DNA of 64,000 nt from Geosiphon pyriformis uo1 (GCA_016748015.1 JAAOMT010000664.1:1912576-1976575), one strand, 5' to 3'. Counted from the first letter of the stretch, positions 27,377 through 41,000 are shown. Numbers and translations: made by a program. Notes: generated by a model from the letters alone, not told the origin.

Positions 27377-30300
27377 GTGGCAGAATTAAAAATAATAAGA
27401 ACAAATCACTTAAAATTTGCAAAATTTTTATTTCAACAATACCATCAACAATTAGAATTAAACAGCAATTATTGGCCAGTAGAATCAGTTTTCAATTGTT
27501 ATATTAATGACAGAATCACATACTTCTTAAAAAAACCAACTAATACTGAATTAGCAAGAGAAAATTTCTATACCAAATTAATTCAATACATCAACTTACT
27601 ATTAAATTACAACTTTGCTCTTACTATTACTGAAATCAACTAAAGAATTGAAAATTACACTCAACAAAGATTTTTCACCACCTATGCAGACAAAGGCAGA
27701 AGAAAACTACAAATATTAGCAAGAATACCAAGAAATATACAACCACTTACTTAGAAAAAACTAAAAGTAGTTTTACCCATTTATCTGTCTTATTATTACA
27801 TGTCTGGAAATACTATCAATATACCATTAGGAAATGTATTATTATCAGCAAAAACACTATCAGTAAGAATAACATTCCAAAGCCAAAAAGAAAAAGCTGA
27901 TTTATTGGGAACCTATGGTAATTTCTTTGAAGAATTTAAATTGCAATCACCAATGTTATTAGAATTTTGATTATTGCTATCTCAACCCAATTTTGAAGCC
28001 ACTAGTTTTTGAGAAATAACCAATTCAGAAAAGGAGAAAGATAAAGATCAAAAATTTAATTACCAAAATCTGATTCCAGAAAACCTGAAAATACAAACTC
28101 TAATTATTCCAATTCAGTAAAATCAGAACAATCCAAATCTTATTTTTATTGTTCTTTAAAACTCATCTTTAGTAATTATAATCAACTCACTATCAGTTGC
28201 ACCAATCACAGAACCACAACAACAGCCACAACTATCATTACTCCAACAACAACAACTTTAACAACTATAACTGATCATAGCACTAATAGTATATGCTTCT
28301 ATTGCCTAGTTAGAAAAGTTTACTGGTGAAGAAAACAATGTTCAAGTTTAATTCAATGATGTCACTAAAACAATTATTACTAATAATTGGGATGATGTCA
28401 AAGCCTTACAAATCATCTTATACTTCTTGCAAAATATTACCAATTTATAATATTAGAGTTTGATTAACAAACCTATTATCTTTGATGCATTTAAAACCAA
28501 ATTTTTGAAATATTTTAGCAATAACAATAGCATTAATTGCTTGGCAACAGCATTTACTATCATTAAACAAGGTGACACAGAAGCAGTCACTACTTATTTA
28601 AGATATTTCTATAAAAATTTGCACCAGATTCAAGCTATTGACATTAATTATTTCACAATGCCACAAATTTTGAATTAGTTTATCTATGGCCTGTACAGTA
28701 GCTTTTTACAATATGTACATCCATTACATTTACAAACACTTCAAGATACAGTCATGTATGCCAGAGATTTTGAATTGGTTGAATTAAAAGTCAATTATGC
28801 CCAAACTGTAAATCTAGTAATAAACAAATCATCTGACTTGAATTCTAAACTAAAGCAATTCAGTAATTCAATTAATTAGAAATTAGAAGAATACTTAGTT
28901 AATAATTAGACAATTTATTAATCTCCACAATATTATAAAAATTCAGAAAACTCCAATTATGTTCAATAGCAATCACATTTATTATTATCATTAAGTCAAC
29001 AATGACAACTAAAAATACATAATTGCTACCACTATAGTAAACAAAGCCATCTAAAAATAAATTATTACTTCAAAAAAAATAGTCAATAATCAAGAAATCA
29101 ATATTAAAATTCTGATTACAGATTTCAAATCTTAAACTATACCAGTAATCAATTATCTAAACAATACCAATATCAGCTGTATTACTCTTAAATAATACAG
29201 CCAATTTATCAGCCACCAATCTATTAGACTCCAACACTAGTAATTTATTAACTCTCTCAGCTCCAAATTAATTATTAGCCTCAACCAAATCAGAATCAAC
29301 CTCAGAACTTACCTCAAAATAGAAATCAAAGACTGAGAACTACCCAAATTCACCAAAACTAGAAATTAATAATGGTAATGCACTAACTAATTTTTAGTTT
29401 AGCAGTCCAGCAATCTGGATTATAACAAGTTAAATCAAAAACTAACTATACCCAAAACTTAAACACTCAACACTATTTAAGTTTCTTAGTATTTCCAAAA
29501 ATTACCACATCCAACTTATTAGAAACCAACCAAAAACAACTTATATCTACCAGCAATATTTTACCAGCTACTATTACAGAAAACAAATTGCTCACTGCAA
29601 TATTTTTCTTTAAGATTAAAAAACCAGTCCCTGCACTATTATTTAGTAGAACTGTGCTTGAATTAAAACTCATTACTGTTATGTATACAGATATTAAAGT
29701 CAATGGCCAACTGATCAAATTAATTTTGAATAGTAATTTAGCAGACAGTATTATTACATGACCACTTATAGACTAATTAGGTCACCAAATTGATTATATT
29801 GTCTGTGCCAGAATTATCATAGCTAATGGAGCCACCAAAACACTTATTGGAGAGATTGACAACTTTTTTTTAAAGTTAACAACATCATTGTATTCATTAA
29901 AGTATTGGTGATAGAAGTCATCTAGTACTAAGTTTTTATTAGTAATAACTGGCTATTCAAAACTAATGCTATACTTAACTAAAACACCCAGAAGCTATAG
30001 CTCAGCTAAAATGGTTAACATATTAAAGTACCAGCCATGTATGGCCACTTTAAACCAAGCAATACTATTCAAACTTCACTAATTGAATTCGAGAAAAAAA
30101 AACCTATCTGAGAAGCCTACCAAGTATTATAAACCAAGAAAAACCACAACAGTTTACTGTTAGTACTTATCTGGAAAGAAAAGAAAAAAGAAAAAAAACA
30201 AAAAAAAGAAAAACTCCTAAGCAATCATCTTTACATATACACTATACACTATTATCACTCAAAGCCAGTCAAACTATTATCAACTCAAACTAATTTGTGT

Positions 30301-33300
30301 CAATTGCAGTAAGAAATTTTCAACAATGGGTGCATATTGTGGTGATAATAAGAAATGGCCAATAGTGACTAAATACTACTGTCAATTATGTGGTCTTGAA
30401 TGTTTTGGACAACTCAAATAACAAAAAAAATGAGACAATAAATCTTGTTTTACATGTAGAATGATTCTTCCTGACAAAAAAATATGGAACAATATTTCTG
30501 AACAAGAAGGAACATATAACAAAATGTTTTAGTACATAATTCTGATCAACAATTGGATGTGAAAAAAGATTCCAATTGACAACACCTGGAAATGAGCACT
30601 AAGATATCTAAAAAACTACCCATATGATAAACATGAGATCTGGAAAATGACAAGTGCCAAAGTTGAAGGTACTATATTTAGTAAATTACTGAAAATAAAA
30701 AATAACTCATTCACACTCCCTAAACCCAAATATATTCTTATGTTTAATATTATTAATAACATTGAGGATAATTCAAAACAATTTTACAAGCATTACCAGA
30801 ACTTAACACCAACTAAAGAAAAACAAAAACAGAGGCTAAAATAATTAAATACAAGACTATGCAAACACTGCTTGATTTTTAACAATTTTGAATACTGTAA
30901 TAATTGTGATCTTATCTACAATCTACTACCACACATGATCTATGCAATTCTTAAAGAGAAAAAACCAATCAGCAAGTGCATAATAGAATTAAAGTCAAAA
31001 TTTAATTCTGATTCAGACTTTGATGATAATGACAACAATAGTTTCAACTCTGTTTACTACAGCAATAACAACAATGATTCAAACTTTGATTTAAAATCTG
31101 AGCAATATATCACACTTCCAGATCTATTTATAAAGCAGAAAATAAGATAGTTCAGCAATAATAATGAAAATATTATATCAGAATGTACACATAATACTGA
31201 TGCAAAATTTGATCTAAGATATTCAGAAAAATATACCATAATATTGGAGCCCAATACATGTACTTGTATTAATCTGAAAATAGTCTTGGAAATACTGGCA
31301 ACAACAATGGTTCAGTTAGCATTTAGATCTAGTTTAGCAAAAAAAGAGATTAATATCAGAAAAGAAATAATTAATACAGAATATATAAGAAATATCATCA
31401 CAATATTACAAAATAATTCAAAAAAACCATATATAATTAAACCAAATAAAAAGATAGCACAGACAATATTCCTATCTTTGGTAAAAATAGCTCAATTAGT
31501 GTCAATAAGAACAAAAAAAGAATTAGAGATCACAGTCAGAAGAAAAAATAAATTCAGATCTATAAATAAAATATATGTATCAGTCAATATGACAGAGAAA
31601 AAAACAATTAATAAGAGAAAAATTATCTCCACTCATTAATTAGTTTCTATTTCACTATAAAACCAGTACATATTAGTGATAGAAAAAAAATAAAGAATCA
31701 GTCTCAGATTTTTGAAGCAGAACCAACCATTTGTGAATCAAGAAAAATTGGAATCACAAATCTCTATATACTGGCCAAGAACTATAAGCACATCAAAATT
31801 TCTATCTATAATACAATAGGCAACATTATCAAAATACTAAATAAAACTACTATCAGATACTTAAACACTAAAGTTGAGAACCAACCACCAAACACCATTC
31901 TAGATTTTTCACAATTGTGTGGATATGTAAATATTATATTACAAATAATATATGAATGAAAAAAATATTATTTGCTCCAACCAAAACAATTGAACCAAAT
32001 AAACTTGGAAAACTTAGATTTACTTCAACATATACAGCTCAAAATACTACTCAACAACTTCATTGACATCTTTGCCAATAAAAATGAATTTGGCAGAACT
32101 GATATTATTTAATACCAAATCTAAATGGGAGATATAATGCCAATAAAACAATGAGCATACAGAGTACTACCAGCAAGCCATAAGATTATTTGACAAAAAA
32201 TCAACAGAATATTAGATAATAAGTTAATTTAATCATCAATAAATCTATAATTATTACTAATGGTACTAGTTTAAAAGAAAAATAGAAAAATCCACTTTTG
32301 CATAAATTATAGAAAACTTAATAGTGTTACTTGTAAAGACAATTATTCAACTCTACAAATTTAAGAGTTATTTGATGTATTTAGAAAAAAGAAATAGTTT
32401 TTAATATTGGATCTAAACAGTGGTTATTGACAAATAGTCATAAATCCAGCTGACAAAAAAAAACAGCATTTATCATTAGAAAAGGGAACTTTGAATTTGA
32501 TGTTATGCTTTTCAGTTTAATGAATACTCCAACCACTTTTTAATGGCTAATAGAAATTGTCTATATAAAATTACTATAAAAATCAATAGTAGTCTACTTG
32601 GATAACACTAATGTGTTTTCAAAAACATTTGATAATCATCTTTATTATTTTTAGCAAGTGTTTAAGAGACTAAAGAGAACTAAATTGAAATTGATCACAA
32701 CCAAATGCTTCTTTAGTAAAACAAAACTAAAATTTTTAGCATTAAAACAGATCCAGACAAGATTGAGATAGTCAAGAATTTTTCAGTACCAATCAATTTA
32801 ACAGAACTAAAAGCATTCTTGAAATTTGTTGAATACTATTGTTATTTTATCCAAAACTTTTCCAAATTGGCCCAACTACTTCATTAGCTTCAAGCCAAGA
32901 ATATTAAATATAAATAGACTAAAACTCAACAAAAAGCTTTTAACATCTTAAAAAAAAGCTTATTCAAGTCTCAGTACTAATTTATTCAAATTACAACAAG
33001 CCATTTATCATTACCACTGATGTATTAAGTTAAACATTAGAAGCCATATTGTCTTAAAAAGAACCAGATAGAAAAAAACATCTAGTAACATATGTCAGCC
33101 AAAGTTTAAACCTAGTTGAAAAAAATTATAGAATTCCAGTACTAGAATATTTAGCTATCTATTAGGCTGTTATGAAATAAAAAAAATATTTGAGTCAAAA
33201 GTTTGATGTGTACACTAATCACAAAAGATTAACATTAATCCAGAAGCAAAAATTTGCAAATGACCACCACACAAGATGGAAAATAAAATTATCACTATTT

Positions 33301-33376
33301 AATTATACAGTACATTATAAAAAGGGAAAAAAAAATTGAAAATGTTAATAGTTTATCATAAATAAAACAAATTTAA
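27377..33376 (+). pseudogene. Gypsy B gag-PR-Cys-rich domain-dUTPase-RT-RNase H polyprotein (~2000 codons), many stops
   Basis: Capsid LEKFTGEENN..NNWDD..IKQGDTEAVTTY; knuckle ~29025-29070; PR KLILNSNLADSII (=LDSGS); RT VVYLDNTNVFS; RNase H FIITTD..LEAILS..YVSQSL..ending IKQI* at 33374-76. Confidence 0.9.
31175..31560 (+). pseudogene. dUTPase domain within the Gypsy B polyprotein (also 42236-42625 + and 51115-51520 -)
   Basis: All five trimeric dUTPase motifs, in order, in G>A-decayed form: DAKFDL (AGFDL), RSSLAKK, EIINTEY (GIIDAGY), KIAQ, RRKNKFRS / RGIKRFRT (RGxxGFGS). Confidence 0.88.
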
Positions 33377-33396
33377 GAACATTTTAACCCAAAAAT

Positions 33397-34776
33397 ATAA
33401 CAAAAAATGAATACACAAAATATCAATAACTCCAACATTATATTAATACTCAATAGTTTAAGGAGAAACTATTTTAAAAAGAACAAAACCACATAAAACA
33501 ACAATCAAAATATTTTATTACTTATTAAAATATATTATACTGAAAGAACAGAAAATATTCAAATTAGTTACTTAGAGTCATTACAAAACCAGAGAAAGAA
33601 ACAATACTATTTAACATGCATTTCAATTCAACAGCAGGATATTTTCATAAAAAAACAACCATAAAAAGAACCAGAAAAAAATACTATTGGCCATCCATGT
33701 ATTCAGATATCATCTAATATGTTCAAATTTGTAATACTTGTCAAAAAAGAGAAGAAACAAGATTTAATGAACCACTAAAACTAATTAAAGTAAGACAACT
33801 ATTTAATTGAATTGAAATTGACTTAGTTAAACCATTAACAATAACTAGCAGAGACAATTAGTACATAGCAGTAGCTATGGACTATCTTACATAATAGCCA
33901 GAAGCAAAAGCAATCCAAAGAGCAAATATAGAATTCATAGCCAAATTTGTTCATCAAAATTTGATTTGTTAACACAAATGTTCAAAAGAATTATTATCAT
34001 ATTAAAGAACTTATTTTGTAAATAAAATATTAACAGAATTAAGTTAAAGATTTGGAATCAAATGACTATTATCATCACCATATTATTTACAAACAAATAG
34101 CTTAGTAGAAAGATTTAACAGAATATTGTATAAAGCAATAGCAAAAATCAGCCAAAAAAACCAGGATGAATAAAATTTGTTTATGCTATTACTATTTGCT
34201 TATTGGATAATAAAGCAAGATATTATACAAACAACATCATTTGAACTTGTTTATGATAGAACAGCAACATTACTAATTGAGATAAACATTAATATATATT
34301 TAACAAAACTAATAACAGAAGCTAACTTCCAAAGAACATTGCTAAGAAGAACATACAAATTAATAGAAATATTAAAAAACAAAAGACAAAAAGCAGCTGT
34401 TAATATTCAAAAATCATAAAAAAAACGACATAATAACTAATTACCAAATAAACCAGTTAAATTCAAGATTAAAGACAAAGTACTTTTACATTATACCAAA
34501 GCAAAAAAACAATAAAGTAGAAAATTTGATTCCAAATAAGATAGATCATTTTACATTAAAGAAATTCTAGGAAATAGAACTTATAAACTAAGATAGAACA
34601 ACAAAATCTTAGCTAAAGCAGTACATAGAAATTGACTAAAATCATACTACAATATAGCATTATTATCTACCAATAATATTTCACAACTGGAAGTACAAAG
34701 AATATTAATCAAACCAGATAAGATTCTATAAGATTTAGAACTAATTATTATCATTGAAGCAAACACATTGAACTGA
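33397..34776 (+). pseudogene. Gypsy B integrase, separate ORF
   Basis: Start ATA (ancestral ATG). HHCC relic FNMH..YYWPSMY..CNTCQK; core IDLV, AMDYLT, QTNSLVERFNRIL; GPF module; ends LELIIIIEANTLN*. No chromodomain. Confidence 0.88.
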
Positions 34777-34831
34777 TCTATCATAAAAGTATATAAAAAA
34801 CCAGCACATACAACAAAAACAACAAAAAAAG

Positions 34832-35487
34832 ATGGAAATCACTGACAACATCTACTTACTTATACAACAACTATTACAACTGATTCAACAACAGAAATTA
34901 AGTCTGAAAATTACCATCAATAAACACATAATACAATACAAAGACAAAGAGATACTGCAAAAAGACCAAGCCAAAGAACAATATTCCAGATATTATAAGT
35001 CTGAAAATACTGTAGATAAAATAATAAAAAAATAGAAACAACATTAAAAAATCCAAGAATATTAATACCAGAAAAAGAATTGATCTTAAAAAATTAGAAC
35101 TAATAGATACAACAAAATCCAAAGAACTTTTGTTATTATAAATTGGGACAACAGTTAAACATTGAAAACTTATATACTAACAAAACAAAAAGGAAATTTG
35201 ATTCAATTCAATTACAACAAATTAAACAACTTGTTGAAAAGAACAATTTATCTACATATGCAAAAGCCATTTACTGACTATGAATAGAATTTTAAGACAG
35301 ACTAAAAATATTATTACATTCAACAATAAATATTGTAATTATTAATCAATTGGAAAAATTAACCAACACTCAATTTGAAGAATTGCAGATGAAAATAACA
35401 GAAGCAATTTTGGAAAAAGAAGTTATAAAGTTAATCCAAAAAGGAAATTTAGAAAGTTTAAAAGATTTTAATAGAACTCAATATTAA
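34832..35487 (+). pseudogene. Gypsy B ORF3, ~215-aa protein of unknown function (homologs 57409-58048 + and ~46244-46908 -)
   Basis: MEITDNIYLLIQQLLQLIQQQKLSLKITIN..CYYKLGQQL..YAKAIY.L..INQLEKL..FNRTQY*; the stop abuts the PPT. The same blocks occur in the two other copies. Confidence 0.75.
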
Positions 35488-38016
35488 AAAGTAGAGAATA
35501 ATATTACTTATAAGAATTAAAAATATTATAGTTAGAGAAATAGCCAATTAGAAATAGGTATAATAACAGAGAAATTTCAGGATTCCTCTAAAAAAATTGT
35601 AAAATTTCAGAATTCCAGAATTGCAAGATTCTTGGTAAAAAATTACAGGATTCCAGAATTCCAGAATTTCAAAATTTCTCTAAAAAAATTTCAAAATTTC
35701 AGGAATTTTATATAACACTAACTATGTATATATAGCAATAGCATTAAAAATGAGAAAAATATTCAGAATTTGGTTTAGTTCTAGTTTAGTATTTCCTTTC
35801 TTATCTATTAATTAACCCTCATTTCATGGATAATTACTATTATCTAAAGTGAATTTATTAACAAATATCAAATAAACATATTTATTGTTATTCAATCTAT
35901 GTTATTATTGTTTGATTAAGAATCTGAATCACTTTTCCAGTTATTAACACTTTATGTTGATAACATTCAATACTTAACTACACTGAAACAATAGCTCTTG
36001 ATCATGGCTATTAATAGAATACTAATTTTTTCTTTTTTTTATTTCTTTTTTTTTATTTCTTTTTTTTTATTTCTTTTTTTTTATTTTATTTTTTTGTTGT
36101 TTTATTAATTTACTAACTGATTAAAGAGATTAAGCATTGAGTAATTGATATTAAAAGAACTGGTAAAAGACTCAGGAATAAGAGTAAACACTCGAAATTT
36201 GAGAATAGCTTACCAAAAAACCAGCCACCAAGCTAAGAAAAAAATTGACAGAAGAACCTTCTGGAAGGCTATAAACATTAAAACACATCAACTCAAGAAT
36301 TGGGGAAAAAATTAGAAACATTACCATAGGATATTATTATTGAATCTCTGTCCATTATACAAAGGATTCAACCAAAATTTTCAGATCACCAAAATCTTCA
36401 AAGATTACCAACATAATTCAGCTATTGAACATCAAGTTACAGATTTGTTATTTATTTTAACCACTCAAATAATTATTTGTAACAATATAAATGAAATTTA
36501 ATTAGAAAAAATCTTGAAAAAAATCTTCCTGGCTGTCTTAATTAAAGCAATAGGTTAAGTGTTTGTAAGAACTTCATCTTACTTATAAGGCTTAGAAATC
36601 ATTAAGACCCAAGCTTTTTTTTATAAAACAAGAATATTGTCAAAAAACAAATATGTATTTAGCAATTTAAGAAGACATCTTATCATATTATCAGCACTAT
36701 GCTTCCAAAGTTCATTAAAAATGCCAAACAAATTAGCAGTCTTGTTATCAGATAAATTATTAATTACTAAGAACAATTCTTTTATATTGATCTTCTTTAT
36801 TATTTCAGAAAAAGCATTATTATTTACATAACTCAATAATATATATTAACAGACTTAAAATTCAGACATTACCAAAAATATAGTTCATTCTTTTGTCTAA
36901 CTTTTCATAATCCTATTGACACTAAGCTTAACTTTTTTTGATTCCAAAACCAGCTTACTTTTAACAACCAAATAATCCAAAACCACTTTGTAAAAAGACT
37001 TATCCAAAATATTTCTTATTATATTTTCTTTATTAAAACAAAAACTTTCTATGTATTTTTTAATAGCTTTTCTAATAAATGTTTTCTCAGCCAACTTTAA
37101 TTCATAAAACTTAGACCTTCTGTATTTTTTTCAAACCAATAACAAATGCTTAAGAATATTCATTGACTTTTTTTTATTCCAAACTAATTTTATAATTTTA
37201 AAAGCCTCAATACTGTCCAAAGTTAACCATTTCTTAACAAAACAGTTGAATTTAAGCATATTATCTAAACTCAACTTCTTAATAATTTTGGCAATTAGCA
37301 ATTTTAAACCAAAAAACTTAGAAAAATGTCTGTTTCTCAAATATTAAAATACACTGAACCAATATTTAGAAAACGTTTTATTAGCCAAATTTACTACCAT
37401 CTTTCTTAACAATTCTCATATAGCATCTAAATTTGCATCAGCCCTCACTTCTAAAAATTTGTTCACTACTGCTAAAAACTTAACAGAGAAATATCTCTTA
37501 AAACATGTTTATTTAACACTATTTGCATTACTAATTTTAAACTTTCAACAATTCTTGTTAGTTTGCTTGCATATACTGTTCAAACAGACATTCAAAAAAT
37601 TACTTAAACTAATTAAGACTAAGACAACCTTGTAATTAATATTAAAAAGTCAGATATAATTTTAATTTCATAATCAGCAATTACAAATAACAAACTTTTA
37701 CTTACAAACACATAATCTATAATTTTTTTAACACCTCTTAAATTGTTTCAAGTAAGAGCTTTGACCAATAAATGTCTACCCAATAAGTTGATCAAACCTA
37801 AATCCAAACAAAACTTGAAACTTTGACTTTTTTTATCTATTTTTATTGAAGTTACTATTCAAAACCACAAAAATGCTAGAGTTAACTGTCTTAACAATAA
37901 AAAAATCGATTTTTATAGTCTAATCATATTTAATTTCAGCAAAAGCACCAGTATACAATCCTAAAATTATAATTATGAGTTTGTCTTTGAAAAAAAGCTG
38001 TATTAAAATAATATAA

Positions 38017-41000
38017 TATTACTTATAAAAAAAGTACAAGAAAGAAAAATAAAAAAAACAAATAAAAAAATAGACCAATAAGAGAATAATACTTAGCAAG
38101 TAAATACAATGTCAAAAAATTATGACATATTACTTAATAATATACATATTGTCGGTAAATTATGGCACATTGCTTAGCAATAAACACATTATCAGAAAAT
38201 CATGGCATATTGTTTAAAAAAATATGAGATTTTGTATAACAAGAATTATGTATATATAGCAAAAATATTAGAAGCAAAAAAAAACAGAATTAATACCAAC
38301 AATTAGTTAAAACTCATTAATAATTCAATACTTTTCTCTTTAAAAAGTAGTTTTCTACAACTTGAAATGAAATTAAATTATATATTAATAAAATATTAAT
38401 TATTATCTGAATCTATATTATCATTGTTTGATTAAGAGACATTAATTACTTTTAGTCTATCAATACTCTATGTTAATAAAATCCAATACTTAACTATACT
38501 GGACCAATAGTTCTTGATCACAGCTATTAATAAAATGCTAATTTTTTTTTATTTTTATTTTTTTATTTTGTTTTATTTTGTTGTTTACTAATTAATTAAA
38601 AAATTAAGTACTGAATATTTGCCATCAAGAATAGTCTGATAAAAGACTTAAGAATAAGAATAAAAATTTAAAAATAGCTTACCAGAAAAACACAACTGCT
38701 AGATTAAACTGGCCATTATGCTAAAAAAAAATTCATAAAAAAAACCATTAATTAAATCTCTGTTCATTATATAAAAGACTTAACCAAAATTTTCAGACTT
38801 CAAAATCTTCAAAAATTACCAATATTATTAACTATTGAGTACCAAGTTACAAATTTGTTATTTGTTTCAACATACCAAATAATTACTTATAATATTTGGT
38901 ACTTTCTGTGAGATATAATTTAACAAAAAACCAGTATCAACATTAATTAGAAAAATTGAAAGATATTTAGCTAATAATCAAGCAATTTATCAGTCTTTAC
39001 AATATTATAACAATCAAAAAAACTCCAATTATTTTCAAAATCAATCACATCTATTATCCTCATCAACCAATTAATTATAACAGCAAGAGATGTATATTTG
39101 CCACTATTGTGGTAAACAAAGACACTTAAAATTAGACTGCTATATAAGATTAAATAACCAATAATTGAGAAATTAATATTAAAACCCTAATTGCCAGTTT
39201 CAAACTTTAAATTACATCCAGAATTAGGAACCATATTAATCTTATTACACTTCAATAATACAACACTCAATATATTCACCTTTAGTATATCAAACTTTAG
39301 CACCAGTTATCTATTAGCTGTAGCCACAAATTATTTATCAACTCTAACCAATTCAAACACTGCTCCAAAACTTAATGCAAATATCAGCTGGCAACCAAAG
39401 ACCAAGAATTACTTACATATAATAAAATTGGAGATTAGCAATAGTAATGCACCAACTAATTTCCAGTTTATTAAACCAGTCATCAAATCATGCCAGTGGA
39501 GTTTGGAAAGTGGATACATTCAAAACCCAAATTCTTAAAACTATTTAAGTCTTCTAATTATCCCAGAAACTAACTTATTCAATAACTTGAAAAACCTAAA
39601 AACACTATTTACTAGCAACTATTACTAAAGACAAATTATTTACAGCCATTGTTATCAGAAATTTTTGGTCTTTTTTTTTGAATATTGTTACTGCTTGTTT
39701 GCTGTAAATTCATGTTTATTAGAAGTAATTGAACCTCCAATAACTGAATTTATCTTCAAATTATCTTCTATAATTTGAACTGCTAGACTTATAAATGGAA
39801 TAGCCAATTTCATATCAATAATTATATGTAGTTATTTTGTAGTAAAAGTCAACTCTTTTCCAGAAATTGTTTGTCTGAAAGCTTACTAAAATGTGTAATT
39901 ATTTTGCTGTGAAAGTCAACTCTTTTACAGAAATTTTGTTTATAAACTACTTTAATGATTATAATAAAAAAATAAAAAAAAATGTAAAAAATATAAAAGA
40001 AATAAAATTTTATTAAGAAAATCATTTTCTGGTTTAGACTTAAAGTCACTAATAAATTACTGAAATTGGTAGCTAATAAATTATTGAAATTGGTAGTTAA
40101 TAAATTTCAAAACATTAGTTAGGTTTCAGAGAATTATCAAGTATAATAATTAAAAATTGGGTTTTCAAGTATTTATTTTTATTGATTTGTAAAGATGTAT
40201 AAGAAATAAATACTTCTAATTAAATTATCTAAAGTAAGATAAGATAAATTTTTTCAAAGAGAAAAGCTTTTTTTTTATACAACTTGTTATAATACTAGTC
40301 TTTAAACTCAAACTTTTTTTTTTGCTATAATTTTGATAAACTAAATATATATTTTAGTAAACTACAAGTTATTTTAATAAACTATTAACTATTTTGGTAA
40401 ATTATTCATTATTTTGGCAAAATTCTACAAATTTCAGCAAATTTTTGAATGTTAAGTAGTTTAAAATATTGTGTAATTTGATCATTTTTATTTCTATAGT
40501 ACAAATTGAATTATTAATTAAATGATAATATTTGATAATTTTATTAAATAATAAGTAATAATTGAAACAATAATAATATATGCTAATTAATAATAGGAAT
40601 TATAAGAGTAATTTTATGCTAATTAATAGCTAAAATTCTATTGATAACACTATATTTCTTTTCAAAATAGAAAAATCAACAATGCCACTTTTATTTAGTA
40701 GAGTCATTCTCAACACTAAACCAATTACCACTATGTATATCAATGCTAAAATCAATGGCCAATCTATCAAGCTAATCTTTAATAGTGGTTTAGCAGACAG
40801 CATTATTACATAACAACTTATGGACCAATTAAGTTATTAAATTAATCATGTTGTTAATGCCAGAATTATTACTGCTAATAAAGCCACCAAGACTTTTATT
40901 GGCAAAATTGATGACTTTTTGTTTGAAGTTAATGGCATCATGACATTCATCAAAGTTCTTATAATAAAAACCATACAATACCAAGCTTTTATTATTAATT

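Larger units (their letters stand above)
25394..36484 (+). mobile_element. Gypsy B: full-length but dead Ty3/Gypsy LTR retrotransposon; LTRs 25394-27312 (containing solo LTR-A) and 35502-36484; TSD ATGT/ATAT
   Basis: Paired LTRs (TGTTACTC../TATTACTT..; ..TGTAATA/..TGTAACA); PBS at 27313; purine tract AAAAAGTAGAGAATAA before 35502; flanks 25390-93 and 36485-88; domain order gag-PR-RT-RH-INT. Confidence 0.94.
22405..38016 (-). mobile_element. LINE-2: older, more decayed relative of LINE-1; segments 22405-25393 and 36485-38016, split by Gypsy B; 5' part lost beyond LTR 38017
   Basis: FFAANTFINNTIWIG (=FVDD motif), RNase H relics at ~23450-23810, APE relic FFKDKL..ILGLYTGA near 37950-38000. Removing Gypsy B restores ISFICNKFGVLYGNNF. 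3' UTR homologous to LINE-1 at 22410-22530. Confidence 0.88.

Noticed and set aside
34832-35487. ORF3 as a retroviral-like env
   Set aside because: Too short, and no signal peptide, TM helix or evident furin site plus fusion peptide.
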